Shown here in pieces: positions 51,170 through 64,000 of a stretch of 64,000 bases of DNA. Made by a program: the position numbers and the translations under genes. A model generated the notes under the pieces. That model ran no database searches. It had not been told where the DNA came from and saw nothing but the letters and a program-made list of their open reading frames with translations. Location: NCBI RefSeq assembly GCF_009914755.1, contig NC_060935.1; one strand, given 5' to 3'. Each line of letters opens with the position of its first letter. The first letter of the stretch is position 1. The DNA comes from the human T2T-CHM13v2.0 reference genome, Homo sapiens.

Positions 51170-53249
51170 CCAACTTTCCAAAAAAGCAACCCCCTTGGTT
51201 AAAAAAATTCTACCTTAGATTGGGTTGAGATCTGTCTCTGTAATTCTGAAATTCCAGCCCACATCTTCCAACATGTCCTTTCAGAACAATAAAGATCAAG
51301 TGTGTTCCCTCTTCCAGATGAAAGCCCCACACATATTTGAAGACAGTTTTCTGGTTTTCCTTGAATTGTCTCTTCATGAAGTTAATCAAATTATCCTTGA
51401 AACTTCCCTCCTCCATGAAAGACTAATAAGAGGATACTTCCTCTAGAGAGTTTTAGTGCCAGAGATAAGCACAGCCTAGTTCATTTCTACTTTAAAAAAT
51501 GGGATATGTGCAATGATAAAATGCCACTCGGCCTGTTTTCTCTTTGCAAGGCAGGCTTTAGGATGATGATAAATATTTGTCTAGATTGTGCAGCTGAGCC
51601 ATATGTAAATTTGCATAATGGGACTCCAGGTGATGTGCTGCATGGTAATTACTTGTTACTTGTAACTTGATAAAGCTGGAATTTAGCAACACACTTATGA
51701 CTGAATGCACTGTCAACAAACCAAGAGCCCTCAGCTTGTCTCCTTGTCACCTTAAATGGTGTTAAGGAAGAGGGAAGAGGTGGTAAGAGTCAGTGGAAGA
51801 CTGATTTGTTAGACTTCTCCAAGGTCACAAACAATTTCTAAGAATAGCACAAGATGTTTGTTAACAGTGCAAATGTTCTGATTTGATTGGTCCACAATTT
51901 CAGTCTTTGTCAAGACCAATTCGGCCAGACGGATGAGTGAATTAGAGGAACAATGGGTATTAAACACACATTATGTTTCATATCCTGCAGTGGTTGCATG
52001 AAAGAGGAATCCAGGCTGCAGTATTCATACTTCTTGCTCTTCTCAAGAGCATTTGTCTCCCTGGATAAACACTTCCTCTTAGGCAAAGATCCTGCACTGT
52101 CCTATAAAGATCTAAGGAAGTCAAATCAAATCAACAGATTTAACAATTCAAGTAAAAAACATTGGGTTAGGTGCTCGGAAAAAGGAAATGAGTAACACAT
52201 TCCTTGCTTTTGCTTTTTTTGATAACTTTTTTTATTTTGAAATGATTGCATTGCCTTGATATAAATAATAATTACTTAAATCTAGGTGATATGGCAATTG
52301 TTGATGATGCAGTGTCAAATATAAAAATAACAGATTACAAAGATTGGTTTGTGAAGATGTGTAGTGCAGTGAGTAATAAAGCACAACTTTAGAATCTGAA
52401 TTCCTACCCCCACTTGACATATTATATAACCTACCTGATCCCAGGTCTCTTATCTTGGACATAGAAATGATGATGCATAGCTCTTACACCTCATTACTAA
52501 TGAGATAATGACTGTAAAATGCTTTGGAGAATGCCTGGCCCCTAGCTGAAGTTCAATAAATATCAGCTATTAATGTGATATCTGCACTGTGCTAGAACAT
52601 TGTGAAATTATGAAAACAGAGTGAACTTAGAAAGGCCAGTGGAAAATACACAGTGGATTAATCAATATGAGAGGATTTGAGGGACATATCTTTTGATTTA
52701 TCTTGAAAGAATGTTTGAATGACAAGAACAGATTCTAAAATAAAAACTAAAATTATTAAATGGAAATAATTTTAAGCAGAAATTGAAGACTCAGTCTCTC
52801 CTATCAGAGACCTCATAGTCTAGTGGGGGAGACACAATTGTGGGGACACACTTTAAGTATAATTATTAAATGCTAGAACAAAGCAGGGGAAGATGAACCC
52901 TGTGAGAGCAGAAAGCAAACGTTTAGAAATACTTCTTGGAGTCAGTAATGTCTGAGATGTAGATGGAGGGAGCAACAATGGTGGCATGGTCAGTAGGACA
53001 GGAAAAGAGGGCAACTATTTTGTGCAAATCCTCATGGCAGGTTCCAAAAGGTACAGATATGGATTAGTGTGATACATGTTGGTGATAAATCATGGAGGGT
53101 CTTAAACATCAAGTCAAGAAGTTAGGGCTTGGCTATTTATTCTGAGTTCATTGCCTAAATACTTTTTATATGGCATGAGAATGCATTAGATCCTGCCTTT
53201 TTCTTCCAGTGATTAGCTTTTCAGCATATTAAAAAATGGAGAGTGATAA

Positions 53250-53963
53250 TGATATGGACAGGAGACAGGAGGGTGGGGTCCCTGGAAAGGGCTCCACCCT
53301 CAAGCCTGGACCCACAGTTCTAAATGAGAACAGGCATTCCTGTTTTTTCACCTAAATGTTGACTTTTGGCCCACTATGCCCCTCTAGCCTGTGCCCATAT
53401 AACCCCTAAACCCCAGGCTCCATAAGCAGAAGAGTAGCAGAGTGGCAGAGCAGCATGGCAGAGAAGAAGAAGAGAGAAGTGTCTGAATGTTGAGAGGAGT
53501 TTGGCTGGGGGAGGTTGTGGTGGAGATCAGCCATGGGATGGCCAAATCCCAGGGGAAGATTATCTTCCTACTCCATCCCCTCTCCAGCTCCTCATCCCAC
53601 TGAGAACCAGCTCCATCACTCAATAAAATCCCCGCATTCACCATCCTTCAAGTCTGTGTGACCTGATTCTTCCTGGATGCTGGACAAGAATTTGGGACAC
53701 ACTGGGTGTGGTAACCGAAAAAGGCTGTCACACTGACTCTTCACAGAGCTGTTTAACACTCAAGCCATCCCTGGACAGCAGGGCTAAAAGAGCACTGTAA
53801 GACCCCTAGACAGTGCTGTGGGGCTGGAGCCCAAAAGTGCTCATCCCAGCTCCTGCACCTGCTCACCTGCATACTTCCCTTCCTGTAAGGGATTTGAGCA
53901 CATGGTGGCCGAATAAATGAGCCACACCATCCCATAAGGGGATCAGGGAATTCTCCCATTTCA
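53250..53963 (+). mobile_element. LTR1/LTR27-group (ERV1) solo LTR
   Basis: TGATATGGACAGGAGACAGG...CTCCCATTTCA; TATAA ~53398, AATAAA ~53622; perfect TSD ATAA (53246-53249 / 53964-53967). Confidence 0.85.
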
Positions 53964-54601
53964 ATAATGTTTTAATTGAGATGATTTGGGCATAAAAAGA
54001 CAACCAAAAATATGCCACCCAGGAATGGTAGTGTCTGAGCCACTAAAAGACATGCATTTTACCCATTTTATAGGGATTCTGGGAGTGAAAACAAGAAGCC
54101 ATGATCTTCTTCAGCATCCCTTTCTACAGCATCCTCATGTGAAAATTGGCATAACTAGACAACTTTCAAACTTCTGGATAAATTTGAGAATAAATATATG
54201 GCATTTGAAAACAGAGTTAAGTTTCTACCTCCAAAACAAATCAATCTGCTTGTACTTTTTGATGTAAAAATGGATCCAGGAGCCAAGTAGAAGAAACCCT
54301 TCCTTTTGGAATGATTGACCTGGCTATGAATCCTGGCTCTGCCATCACAGTTCTGTGTTACATTAGGTGGAGTCACGGGACTCTCTGAGCCTCAGCTTCA
54401 CAGACATAAAAGAGGATTGAAATAAGGCCTCCTCAACAAGGAAATTCTAGGAGACTGATGGAGAATTCCCCTGCTCCATGCTTTTAGAGATTAAGCTGGG
54501 GTCATTTACTGGGCCTGGACCCAATCTGCCTCTTTCAGGATCATGAATATTGTTTATGCAGTGAACATCACACAGGAAGATTTTTCAGTTTTCCAAAGTA
54601 A

Positions 54602-55049
<448 letters not shown>

Positions 55050-55569
55050 TGAGTGGATTTTATCGTTACTCCCATTTTAAATATGGGGTAACTAAGGCAT
55101 AGAGAGATAAAGTATCTTCTCATGATCATACAACTAGTAAATGTTTGATTTGGAGTTTAAATTTAAGCAGTCACCTCCTGAATCAATGGGCATAACCACT
55201 GTATTATATTGACTCTCTTAGATAGAGATGTGGGTTCTTTCATTTACCATAGTCAAAGCAATAGCATAAGCTCTTAGTCTAAGTGTTGGAAAGTAATAGA
55301 GAGTAAGGGAAACTGACAAACAAAAGAACGCATGACTCATCTGAAGGTGATGGCTCTACTCACATCCAGTGTCGGTTGCCATGGATGTCCTTGGACTAGT
55401 ACTGCCAGCATAAATATTCTGATTTTTCAATAAAGGCCAGAGTTCAGAATTTTAAAATGTATTCTACTGATTGTTAGTTGTTTCAGACTAATTACAAAAT
55501 TTTAAGAACTCAACACAAGCCATCCGTGGTTCACAGGACAATAGTTTGTGTTGTCAGTTGAGCACATTA

Positions 55570-55810
55570 ATAGCTTCATGGTTATAAGAAAGTCTCTGAA
55601 GCCAGATTTCTAGTTCAAATGCCCACCCCATTAACAATGAGAAAGTCATTAACCTTGTTTGCCTTAGTCACCTTGTCTCTAAAATAGGCCTCATGACATA
55701 AGTGAGGATGCATCCTTCAAATTATTGGCATAAGGATTAAATGAGTTAATATTAAGATTCCCGCACAGTGTCTAGCACATGATAAGCATTATGTTAGTAC
55801 TTATTATTAT
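55570..55810 (+). mobile_element. MIR
   Basis: CTGAAGCCAGA...TCTAAAATAGG...AAGGATTAAATGAGTTAAT...ACAGTGTCTAGCACAT. Confidence 0.7.
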
Positions 55811-57540
55811 ATCTTCTTATAATTCTGCTCCATGACATGAAATCAATCATTCACAATGAATGTAGAACTTGCATAGCTCTGGGTGGTAAGTAAAGTAGCT
55901 TTTCTTGGAAAAGAATGTTCTGTGCAGACATCAAATAACTGACATCGAAAAACTATTGATTTTATAATATTTTCCCTATTTTAACCTCAGTCTATATTCT
56001 ACCTAAATTTCCATCAAGGGGGGCCCAGAAAAAATTATGAAAAAATTATTTCCTCATAAAAATAAGAACTGATTTCTCACTTTTATCTTCCCATCTTATT
56101 TGTTGTTGCTGTTTTTAATAATATTTCCTCTTGCCCCTTTTTCTGGGAATAATATGAGCAGAAGAGGAAATAACACAACCCTATAACAGCATTTACAGGG
56201 TTCCCACAGTGCACAAAGAGAAGTGCTTAATCCTATAGGGAGTAATAAGAAACTAGATGACTTTTGCTGAAAAGAAAAATTAAGGAAAAGAGAAAAAAAT
56301 TGATCAGTTTTTTAATATAACAGTAATTAAACAACTCCATTAAACATCTGCCCAAGAACAATATTCTCTATAGATGGCATGAGGATGTGAATTTGAATCA
56401 GATGAGGTCCCAAGGACTTCTGCAATGTGCTAAAGGATCACTTGGGGAGATTGTTAAAATGCAAGTTCCTGAACATTACTGTAGGGGGTCTGTTAATTTA
56501 GGTCTGAGTAGGGTCCAGGTATATGTTTATGTTCATCAGAATACTAGCACTATACATGGACCACACTTTAAGAAACACTGTTCAAAAATAAGGGTTTGGG
56601 GGATTAGAAAATGGGATTACCGACTCAATAACCTCCTCTCCCCAACTGACTTTTTAACTAAAAGATTCTTGAATATTATGTATTATGAGCCCACCCCAGT
56701 TCACGGGGATGAATGTTGATTTGATTAAATCATTAGCTGTAATGCCAATCACTTGACAGGCATTGGCATGAGAAGTTACACAGGCCAGTAAGAGAACATG
56801 ATGGGTGTTTAGGGAAACTTTCTCACTCTGATTGGAAACGGCAATGGACCAAACCACTGCTAATTTTTTTTCTTTGCCCCTCGATGAAGCTGTGTGGGAA
56901 GACAGTGTCTGGAGTTGGCAAAGCCATATCCTAGCATAGGCAGAGTAGCCAGTATACTAAGGATGATGGAGAGGAAAGAGGGAAGAAATGTAGGTTCTTG
57001 ATGACATTGCTAATGATTAAAAATAACCTTTGAAATACCTTGCCACTGGACTTAAATACGAAAATAAGCCCTACATAATTTGAACTACTTTAAGTTAGAT
57101 ATCCTGCTATTTGAAACTTATAGCATCTTATGATAGTTTTATTCCAGAATGCTCTAAGGAACAGACCATAACATGTTGAACTTGTAAGTGCAGCAGATAG
57201 AATGGAAGACAGTGGCAACTGGACCACTCCAGGCTGGGAAGTTGGAGATACCCATTATGCAGGTATTTGATCCAACTGCCACTTGTTTCTTGTGATGCCG
57301 ATTATATTCTGATTTGGCTCTGAGTTAGAGGAAATGAGAGGAAAAATTCAGTATATGAGGGATTTGTGACTGTTTATAGATTCCTTCGTAAGATTCTGCA
57401 AGAGACACATCTCCTGAATGTGGCCCATGTGAGAACAAAGTTAAAGAAAACAAACTGCTAAGAGAGGTATTTTATACCCAGAAGCTGAAAACTGTGTTGA
57501 CTGAGAATCTTTTAATTTGAAGTCTTGCAGTGTTGAAAAA

Positions 57541-58771
57541 GCCTTGCAGTGTTAACTGCCCCCCAAGCTAAAGCTAGTTTATGAAGCAGCAGGGAAACAG
57601 AGACTTATCAGAAGATAAAATTAAGCAGTTTGGTGCTTCGGGCCTCTTGCAAATACCCCATTATTAATTACTTCTAAATGAAAGAGAGGCAAGTCTGTCT
57701 GTGAAGACTGAATAAAGATGGGAACTTTCTCAACAAAGGCCACACCTTTCAAAGGTCTTAAGGAAGGGGCCATTAAACCAGTGGAGAGGGAGAAGGTCAG
57801 GTTTCCAAGATCAAGGGACAGACAGTGGGTAGGAAACAATAATTTTGGAATTAGTGACCACGTCCAGTCAAAAATTTTAGCTGTGTTTAGTAACCCATGA
57901 AATTGGAAGTAAATAGACTGCATGTATGCCAAGTTTGTATGATTACTGTGTTGAAAAGAAACACTGATCCTGGCCCAGAACAGCTTATGAATTATAACCC
58001 CTGAGGCAAATTGCAGGCCTCTACACCTGAACAAATATGCAGGGGGTAGCTACTGCTGTGCCTCCTACAGGAATGCAGTCTCACATTGCTCATCTCAGAT
58101 GTAGCCAGGGAGGATCAGCCAATCTGAGAGCAGAACCAGGTTTGTGGAGGAGAGGACACAAAGGGAGATCTTCCTAGAGTGCAGAACCAGGTATTCAGAG
58201 GACTGTGGACAAAAGCTATCTCCACCAGATGGCAGAACCAGGTCTACTGAGGAGAGGGGACAAGGGCCATCTTCTTAAACGGCAGAACCTAGGCTTCCAG
58301 ACTGGCTGTCCTGAGAGGTGACTGCACTGCCTGGGCTTAGAATCCTCATGATTCCTGTCCAGCTGGGTAGGGATGGGTATACACCAGGGCCTCTGCATTG
58401 TTTCTTATTCTATTGCTGTTCAAATGTAAGTTTTCATGGCAGTGAAAACTGCCTTGCAGTGTTAACTCCCCCACCCCGCCTCCCCCAAGCTAAAGCTAGT
58501 TTATGAAGCAGCAGGGAAACAAACTTATAAGATAAAATTAAGCAGTTTGGTGCCTTGGGCCTCTTGCAAATACCCCATTACTACTTACTTCTAAACGAAA
58601 GACAGGCAAGTCTGTCTGTGAAGATTGAATAAAGATGGGCACTTTCTCAACAAAGGCCACACCTTTCAAAGGTCTTAAGGAAGAGGCCATTAAACCAATG
58701 GAGAGGGAGAAGGTCAGGATTCCAAGGACAAGGTACAGACAGTGGGTAGCAAACAAGAATTTTGGAATTAG
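57541..58771 (+). repeat. Direct duplication: 57541-57854 and 58451-58771
   Basis: GCCTTGCAGTGTTAACT...AATTTTGGAATTAG occurs twice, 910 bp apart, about 92-94% identical by eye. Confidence 0.95.
58130..58293 (+). repeat. Degenerate tandem repeat, ~51-bp period
   Basis: GCAGAACC(A/T)(A)GG at 58130, 58181, 58232, 58282; intervening sequences are related (GAGGA...GGACA...ATCT). Confidence 0.85.
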
Positions 58772-59589
58772 CTGCTTCTGTTTCTCAGTGTATATTTGTG
58801 TGTAATTAGTAAATTATTTGTCTTATATCCATAGGGTTGTACATAGGGGATAAATGAAGAAAACACTGCATCACCCAGATGTCCAGAACTTGGAGCCAGG
58901 TGCTCCATTTAGAAAGGAAAAAAATGAGTGTCATTTAGATATAGACACGAATGGTATCTCTGAGTATCATGCAGCCAAAGAAGTAGAAGGTGATAAACCA
59001 TTTCTGAATACCCAAAGTCTCTTTCCGCCTCCTACCACTGTGGACTGCCATGTTAAAAGGCTTGAATTTTCTTCTGGTATTAGGAAACCACGTGCTTCAT
59101 GGAGCCTCTCCCCAGCCTGGGGGTGAGAAAATTTGATAAGTCTAAGGCAATCATGGCAAAGTCATGATCAGCAACAGTCATTGGTTTAAGTATGGGCTGT
59201 GACTACACCCTGGCCATTTAGCAAAAGAACTTTCTTAGAGATTTCTGGAACAGGTGTGCCTTCCTGTAAAAAAGGGGTGTGTGGGAAAACCCTCCCCATA
59301 CCTCTGTTAGATGCTGTGAAAGAAAAGCCTCAGCTGCAGCAGTCATCTGGCGACTCCCTTGGAGTATGACATAATGACAGAGCAGAAACATGGATGAAAC
59401 CTGGGTCCCAGTTGACATGGTGCAGCCTCTGAATGAGCTTGGATCTGCTTGGCACCTGACTTCTTGTGAAGTGAGATAATGAAGGCCTGGTGTTGAAACA
59501 GTTAATTGGATCCTGTTACTTGCAGCATTAAACATCCTAAATGATTGATATAGACAAGTCTTCCTTAAATACTACGTACAGGGTCTGTA

Positions 59590-59810
59590 TAACATTCATT
59601 TAGCACTTAGGTTTTTGAGTCGAATGAGCATCTGAATTTGAGGCCAGACTCTGCCACTTAGTAGCTTAAACAAGTTGCTTCACCTCCTTACCTAAGTTTC
59701 TTGGTCTATAAAAATAAAGATAATAGAAACCTATTTGATAAGATTACCGTGAGGCATGAGATAATGTACAAGCAGTAAGCATTTAATAAATGTTAACTGC
59801 TTGTCATGAT
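59590..59810 (+). mobile_element. MIR
   Basis: CTCTGCCACTTAGTAGCTTAAACAAGTTGCTTCACCTC...TCTATAAAAAT. Confidence 0.7.
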
Positions 59811-61269
59811 TACGGTATTGATAAACAATATTTTAGTTTTACCCTGCAGTAGAAGCTATTGTTAGTGTAGCATAACAGCACTCTGATTTGAAGCGTATTC
59901 TCCTTCATTTTAAGTAAAACAAAAATGCCACTTATTCCTGGCTTCACTGCATCAGAATTAGGCTGCTAAAGAAAAACAGAAGCAAGTTTATTTTGCTGCA
60001 GTGGAACATTTCAGCCCTTTCCTTCTTAGTAGATTCGCTGGATTAAACAAGCATAGATGCGTTCCACAATTATCCAGGTGGCTCAGTTGGAATGTGTGAT
60101 TCATGCTGATCGGGTAATTGATGGTAAGCAGGAGATGTCTGAATAGGGATGCTAAATTACTTTCACCATGGGAATAGATTGTGTTGGCACTACTGTTGCT
60201 ATATTTATTTAAACCACACAATCATTGTTGCCATTCTCTCTGCTCCTGGAAATTGGATGTGGCTATTTATCCAGGATGGTAATTCATACATTCATGGACC
60301 ACACTGGAAATTCGAGTCCAATCAAGGACCAGTGATGAAATGAACGTACAGAATGGCCCAAGCTGAGATAGAAGGAAAGGGTAACATTCTCATAGTATAC
60401 AATTTCTCAAAAATTAGATTATAAAATCACACAGTATATTTTTATGAGGAAGATTCCCATGAATTCAGTAGAAGTTAATTTGTTCAACACAGTTCTCTGA
60501 CGCTGCCCTGTACCAGATGATGATGATGACATTTTATTTCAACTAGTACTTCCAGTCATGTTGCAAAAGTCAGCCTTCAACTAGCTTAGAATTGCCAGCT
60601 TCTTATCATAGACCTATATCTAATCCTGGAAATGACAAACCCAATTTCTGCTTCAATTTCTATTTCAACTATGACCCTAAGCTTAGGGGATGCATTGGAG
60701 GGTACTGTTGGTGGGAGTGGGGGAAGAAAACTGATTTTATTCACAAAAATCCCAGGGCATTACTTTGGACAAGTTGTTTAATCTTGCTGAACTATTGTTT
60801 CCTCAATGGTAAAATGGGGATATCGGTGCCTTTACCATGGGCTTGTTGTTAGAATCAAAACGACATGAAGAAAATGAAGCTCGTGTCAGTTGATCTGTTA
60901 CCACATCATGTAAAACCAGTTAGGGAGATTGTATTCAAAGATGGAGGGTATGTTCAGAAAATGTGTCCTCAATGTATAAACCATATGGAATGTGCAAAAT
61001 TCACATTGACAGATCCAAGGAATTGACTTTGAAGATACAGTTTTCTTTCAAAGTAGCTAAAACAGGTACACTGAGAGGCATATATATATAATAAATTAGC
61101 AGCCTAATCACCTGTTTCCTTCTGTCTACTCTGCTTAAACATATATATTTAAAGAAGTAAAACAGGTGACAGAAGGAAACAGGTGATTTCAAATAGGAGC
61201 CCACATTGCAAATCTCAGGGACAGATGTTCTATTTCTGAGGTTCTATTTCTGGGACACATATTCGCTTT

Positions 61270-62811
61270 AAAAAAACCTACGGTGAAACTTTCAAACATA
61301 CACTAAAGAAGAATATAATGAAACACCATATATACATAATCCAAATTCAACAATGATAAAGATAAAAATTGTGCCATATTTGCTTCATCTTTCCTCTTCT
61401 GTAGTTTTTTGTAAAGCCCAAATCTCATTTTTTTTTACACTTAAATATTTAGAATACATCTCTAAAAACAGGGCCATATTCTTGTTTAACCATGATGCCC
61501 TTATCACATTTAACAAAACATAATCAACAAAAATTTTTTGTGTAATTATTGCCTAGTCAGGATCCAGATTTACCTGATTTTGTCAACTGTGAGCTTTTAT
61601 GATTGATTATTCCAATTAGGGGAAAAATAACCCACATATCATTTGGTTGTTATGGTTTAAATTTCCTCCCATCACCTCTTTTGTTTCATGCTGTTGTCTT
61701 ATTGAAGAACCAGATTTATTTTCCTGGATATTGTCCCATAACTTGGATTTGTCTGTTTCTTTGGAGTGTCATTTAATTTGTTCCTTTAGCCCCATATTTC
61801 CTAGAAATTGAAAGTTAGCTCTAATAAGGTTCAGATTCAACTATGTTTGGCAAGAATATTTCACAGGTGGTTCTGTGTACTTCATGTTATATCATATCAG
61901 GAAGCACACCATGTTTGAATGTCCCATAGCAGCATTTTGTGCAGATACCATGCTTATTCAACTAGTCCTCTTTCAGTAAATGTTTATGGGTTTTTTCCAA
62001 TTGTTTATCACAAATAATGCCACAATGAATAGCCTTGTGCATAAGATGTATTTTGCTCACAGTGCATCTTTTATACGATTTCTGAGGAAAGAGATTGTTA
62101 CTTCTTTGATGCTCATTTATATTTTTTTTCCATGGCTGCTTAGAAGTTTTTTCTATTTTTGTTTCAGCAATTTTACCATGATATGCCTTGATGTGTTTAA
62201 TTTGCTTGTGTTCATACTGCTCGGGGATAGAAATGCTTCTTGAATTTGTGATTTGATGGCATTTGTTGGTTTGGAAAATTGTCCATATCACATATTCAAG
62301 TATTACTATGCTCATTCTATCCTATCTGGATCTCTAATTACCTTTATGTTTGACCTCACTGTATCCCCTATATCTCTTATGCTCTTTTTTTTGCGTTTTC
62401 ATTCATCGATTTCTCTGTGCTTCATTCAGGATACTTACATCTGACCCACATTCTAGTTCATTAAATCTCTATTCAACCATGTCTAATATCCTTTTAAATC
62501 CACCCACTGTGTTTTTAATTTGTTATTGCATTTTTTTAGTTTAAAAATTTCCAATGAATATTTTTTAATAATCTCTGGTTTGCTGTCCCAATTCTTAATT
62601 TTTCTCTCATTTCCTTGAATAGATTAAGGATAGTTGTTTTAAAATGATGCTCAATAACTCTAAAATTTGGAGTTCCTGATGTGTTTCTGCTACTTATTAT
62701 CCTGGATTTTATTTACAATATCTTTTCTCTGTGTGATTTGTTATTTGATAGAGTGCTATTCATTTTCCATGGAAAAATAGAGACATATTTTGAGATTCTG
62801 GGTGACAACAT
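61270..62811 (-). mobile_element. Old L1M (L1ME/L1MC-like) fragments
   Basis: T-rich antisense L1 motifs, e.g. TTATCACAAATAATGCCACAATGAATAGCCTTG and TTTCAGCAATTTTACCATGATATGCCTTG. Confidence 0.6.
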
Positions 62812-63227
62812 TGTATTAGTCCATTTTCACACTGCTATGAAGATACTACCTGAGACTGGGCAATTTATAAACAATAGAGGTTTAATTGACTCATAATTCC
62901 ACATGTCTGGGGAGGCCTCAGGAAACTTACAATCTTGGCAGGAGGGGAAGTGGAAGCAGGCGTCTCCTTCACACGGCTGTGGGGGAAGAGAGAGCGAGCG
63001 AGAGCGAGAGAGAGTGAGCGAGCATGCGAGTGAGCGTGCAAGCAAAGGAAGAACTGCCAAACACTTAAAGCCACCAGCTCTCATGAGAACTGACTCAATG
63101 TCACAAGAACAGCATGGCGGAAACTGTCCCTGTGATCCAGTCACCTCCCACCAAGTCCCTCCTTTGACACGTGAGGATTACAATTTGAGATGAGATTTGG
63201 GTGGGAATACAGAGCCAAACCATATCA
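62812..63227 (-). mobile_element. MSTA/THE1-type (MaLR) solo LTR with internal (GAGC)n expansion
   Basis: TGTATTAGTCCATTTTCACACTGCTATG...CAAACCATATCA; TSD AACAT / ACCAT. Confidence 0.9.
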
Positions 63228-64000
63228 ACCATCTTTCTCTATGTGGGATGTACATTTCCTTTGGTCAGGTAACTAGGGGTAGGTGTAAACTTGGATCACC
63301 TTAATATAACCTCAGGGCTCTGAGATGATTCAAAACCAGGTTTCAGTCACAACAGAGATTTATGTTTTTTTCTTACTCTGAGGTAAAGCCCTTCTGGTCT
63401 AAACCTAAATCCTGAAGAGTTTACCAGAATCCTTTCTACCTGGTGGACTGGGACTCCAAATTTACCACATGCCCCCTTGGGCCATTGTAAGTACTACTAT
63501 GTTTTTCAGTCTCTCAGCTACTTCCCATGGAACTGACAGCACCCTCAATTGTAGGGCTTCCTTCTCCACATTTCCTTCTCTTCCCTAACCTTGCTACTGT
63601 CATTTTTGTCTGCTTTGCTATTCTCACTGTGCCAAAAATTTAAAAACATTTTCTCCATATATTTCAGTTGTTCTTGGTGGCAGGATTGGTCTAGCCTGCC
63701 ATTAAGGAAAGCAGATGTGCTCTGACTTTTAAAAAAGAAAATACTCTAATTTGTGAAATTCTAACTGTAGTTTTGATATTCATTTCTTAAAGTTTTGATT
63801 TTTTATATCTGCCATCCCTACAGTGAAATTGCCCACTTCTCAAAGAAGTCTCCTGGAAGACTTTCTCATCAGTTCTAAGTGGCTGTGTGAGTTAAAAGCA
63901 TTGCTGTTTCGCTGAGGAGAAGTTGGTTGGAAGTCCTTTGTAGGTCTGTATTTGAAGACACATTTTAAGAATCTAGTGCCAAGCTACACACGTAAAATTT

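Larger units (their letters stand above)
56690..59545 (+). mobile_element. Ancient MLT1 (MaLR) region: LTR-like ends (~56690-57135, ~59020-59545) with internal-like sequence between
   Basis: Both ends carry MLT1-type motifs (GATGACATTG / GTTGACATGG; CCTGCTATTTGAAAC..GCATCTT / CCTGTTACTTGCAGC..ACATCCTAA). Highly diverged; a single-element interpretation is tentative. Confidence 0.45.

Noticed and set aside
58130-58293. CRISPR-like repeat-spacer pattern
   Set aside because: Core is only ~11 nt, the spacers resemble each other, there are no cas genes, and the context is mammalian.
57621-58756. Two similar ORFs suggesting a paralogous gene pair
   Set aside because: Similarity is explained by the DNA duplication; N-termini differ and there is no recognisable domain.
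57541-58771. Duplicated blocks as the LTRs of a novel small retroelement
   Set aside because: No TG..CA termini, PBS, PPT or TSD.

Overview
Primate (human-like) non-coding genomic DNA: AT-rich, CpG-depleted and dense in Alu, L1, L2, MIR, MaLR and ERV repeats. I find no supportable cellular protein-coding exon, RNA gene or CRISPR array. The ORFs with recognisable products are all decayed retroelement fragments. Two proviruses dominate. (1) A minus-strand HERV-S/HERVL18-like (LTR18) class III ERV at 4759-8840, nested in an MLT2 LTR. It has pol and env remnants, a near-total 5'LTR-gag deletion, an RT-core deletion and a dUTPase-like segment after integrase. (2) A two-LTR, plus-strand Harlequin-type (LTR2, tRNA-Glu PBS) mosaic provirus at 35635-42706 with a perfect CTTT target-site duplication (TSD). 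Structure not explained by repeat families includes a 220-bp-arm inverted duplication (24363-25072) whose outer 40 bp are perfectly complementary, a ~315-bp direct duplication plus a 51-bp-period repeat in an old MaLR-like region (57541-58771), a twin-primed L1PB, a candidate orphan terminal exon (22548-~22690) and a candidate POU/bHLH enhancer (~51590-51650). Family names are from recall of consensus sequences, not from a database search. I see no convincing new multi-gene system.
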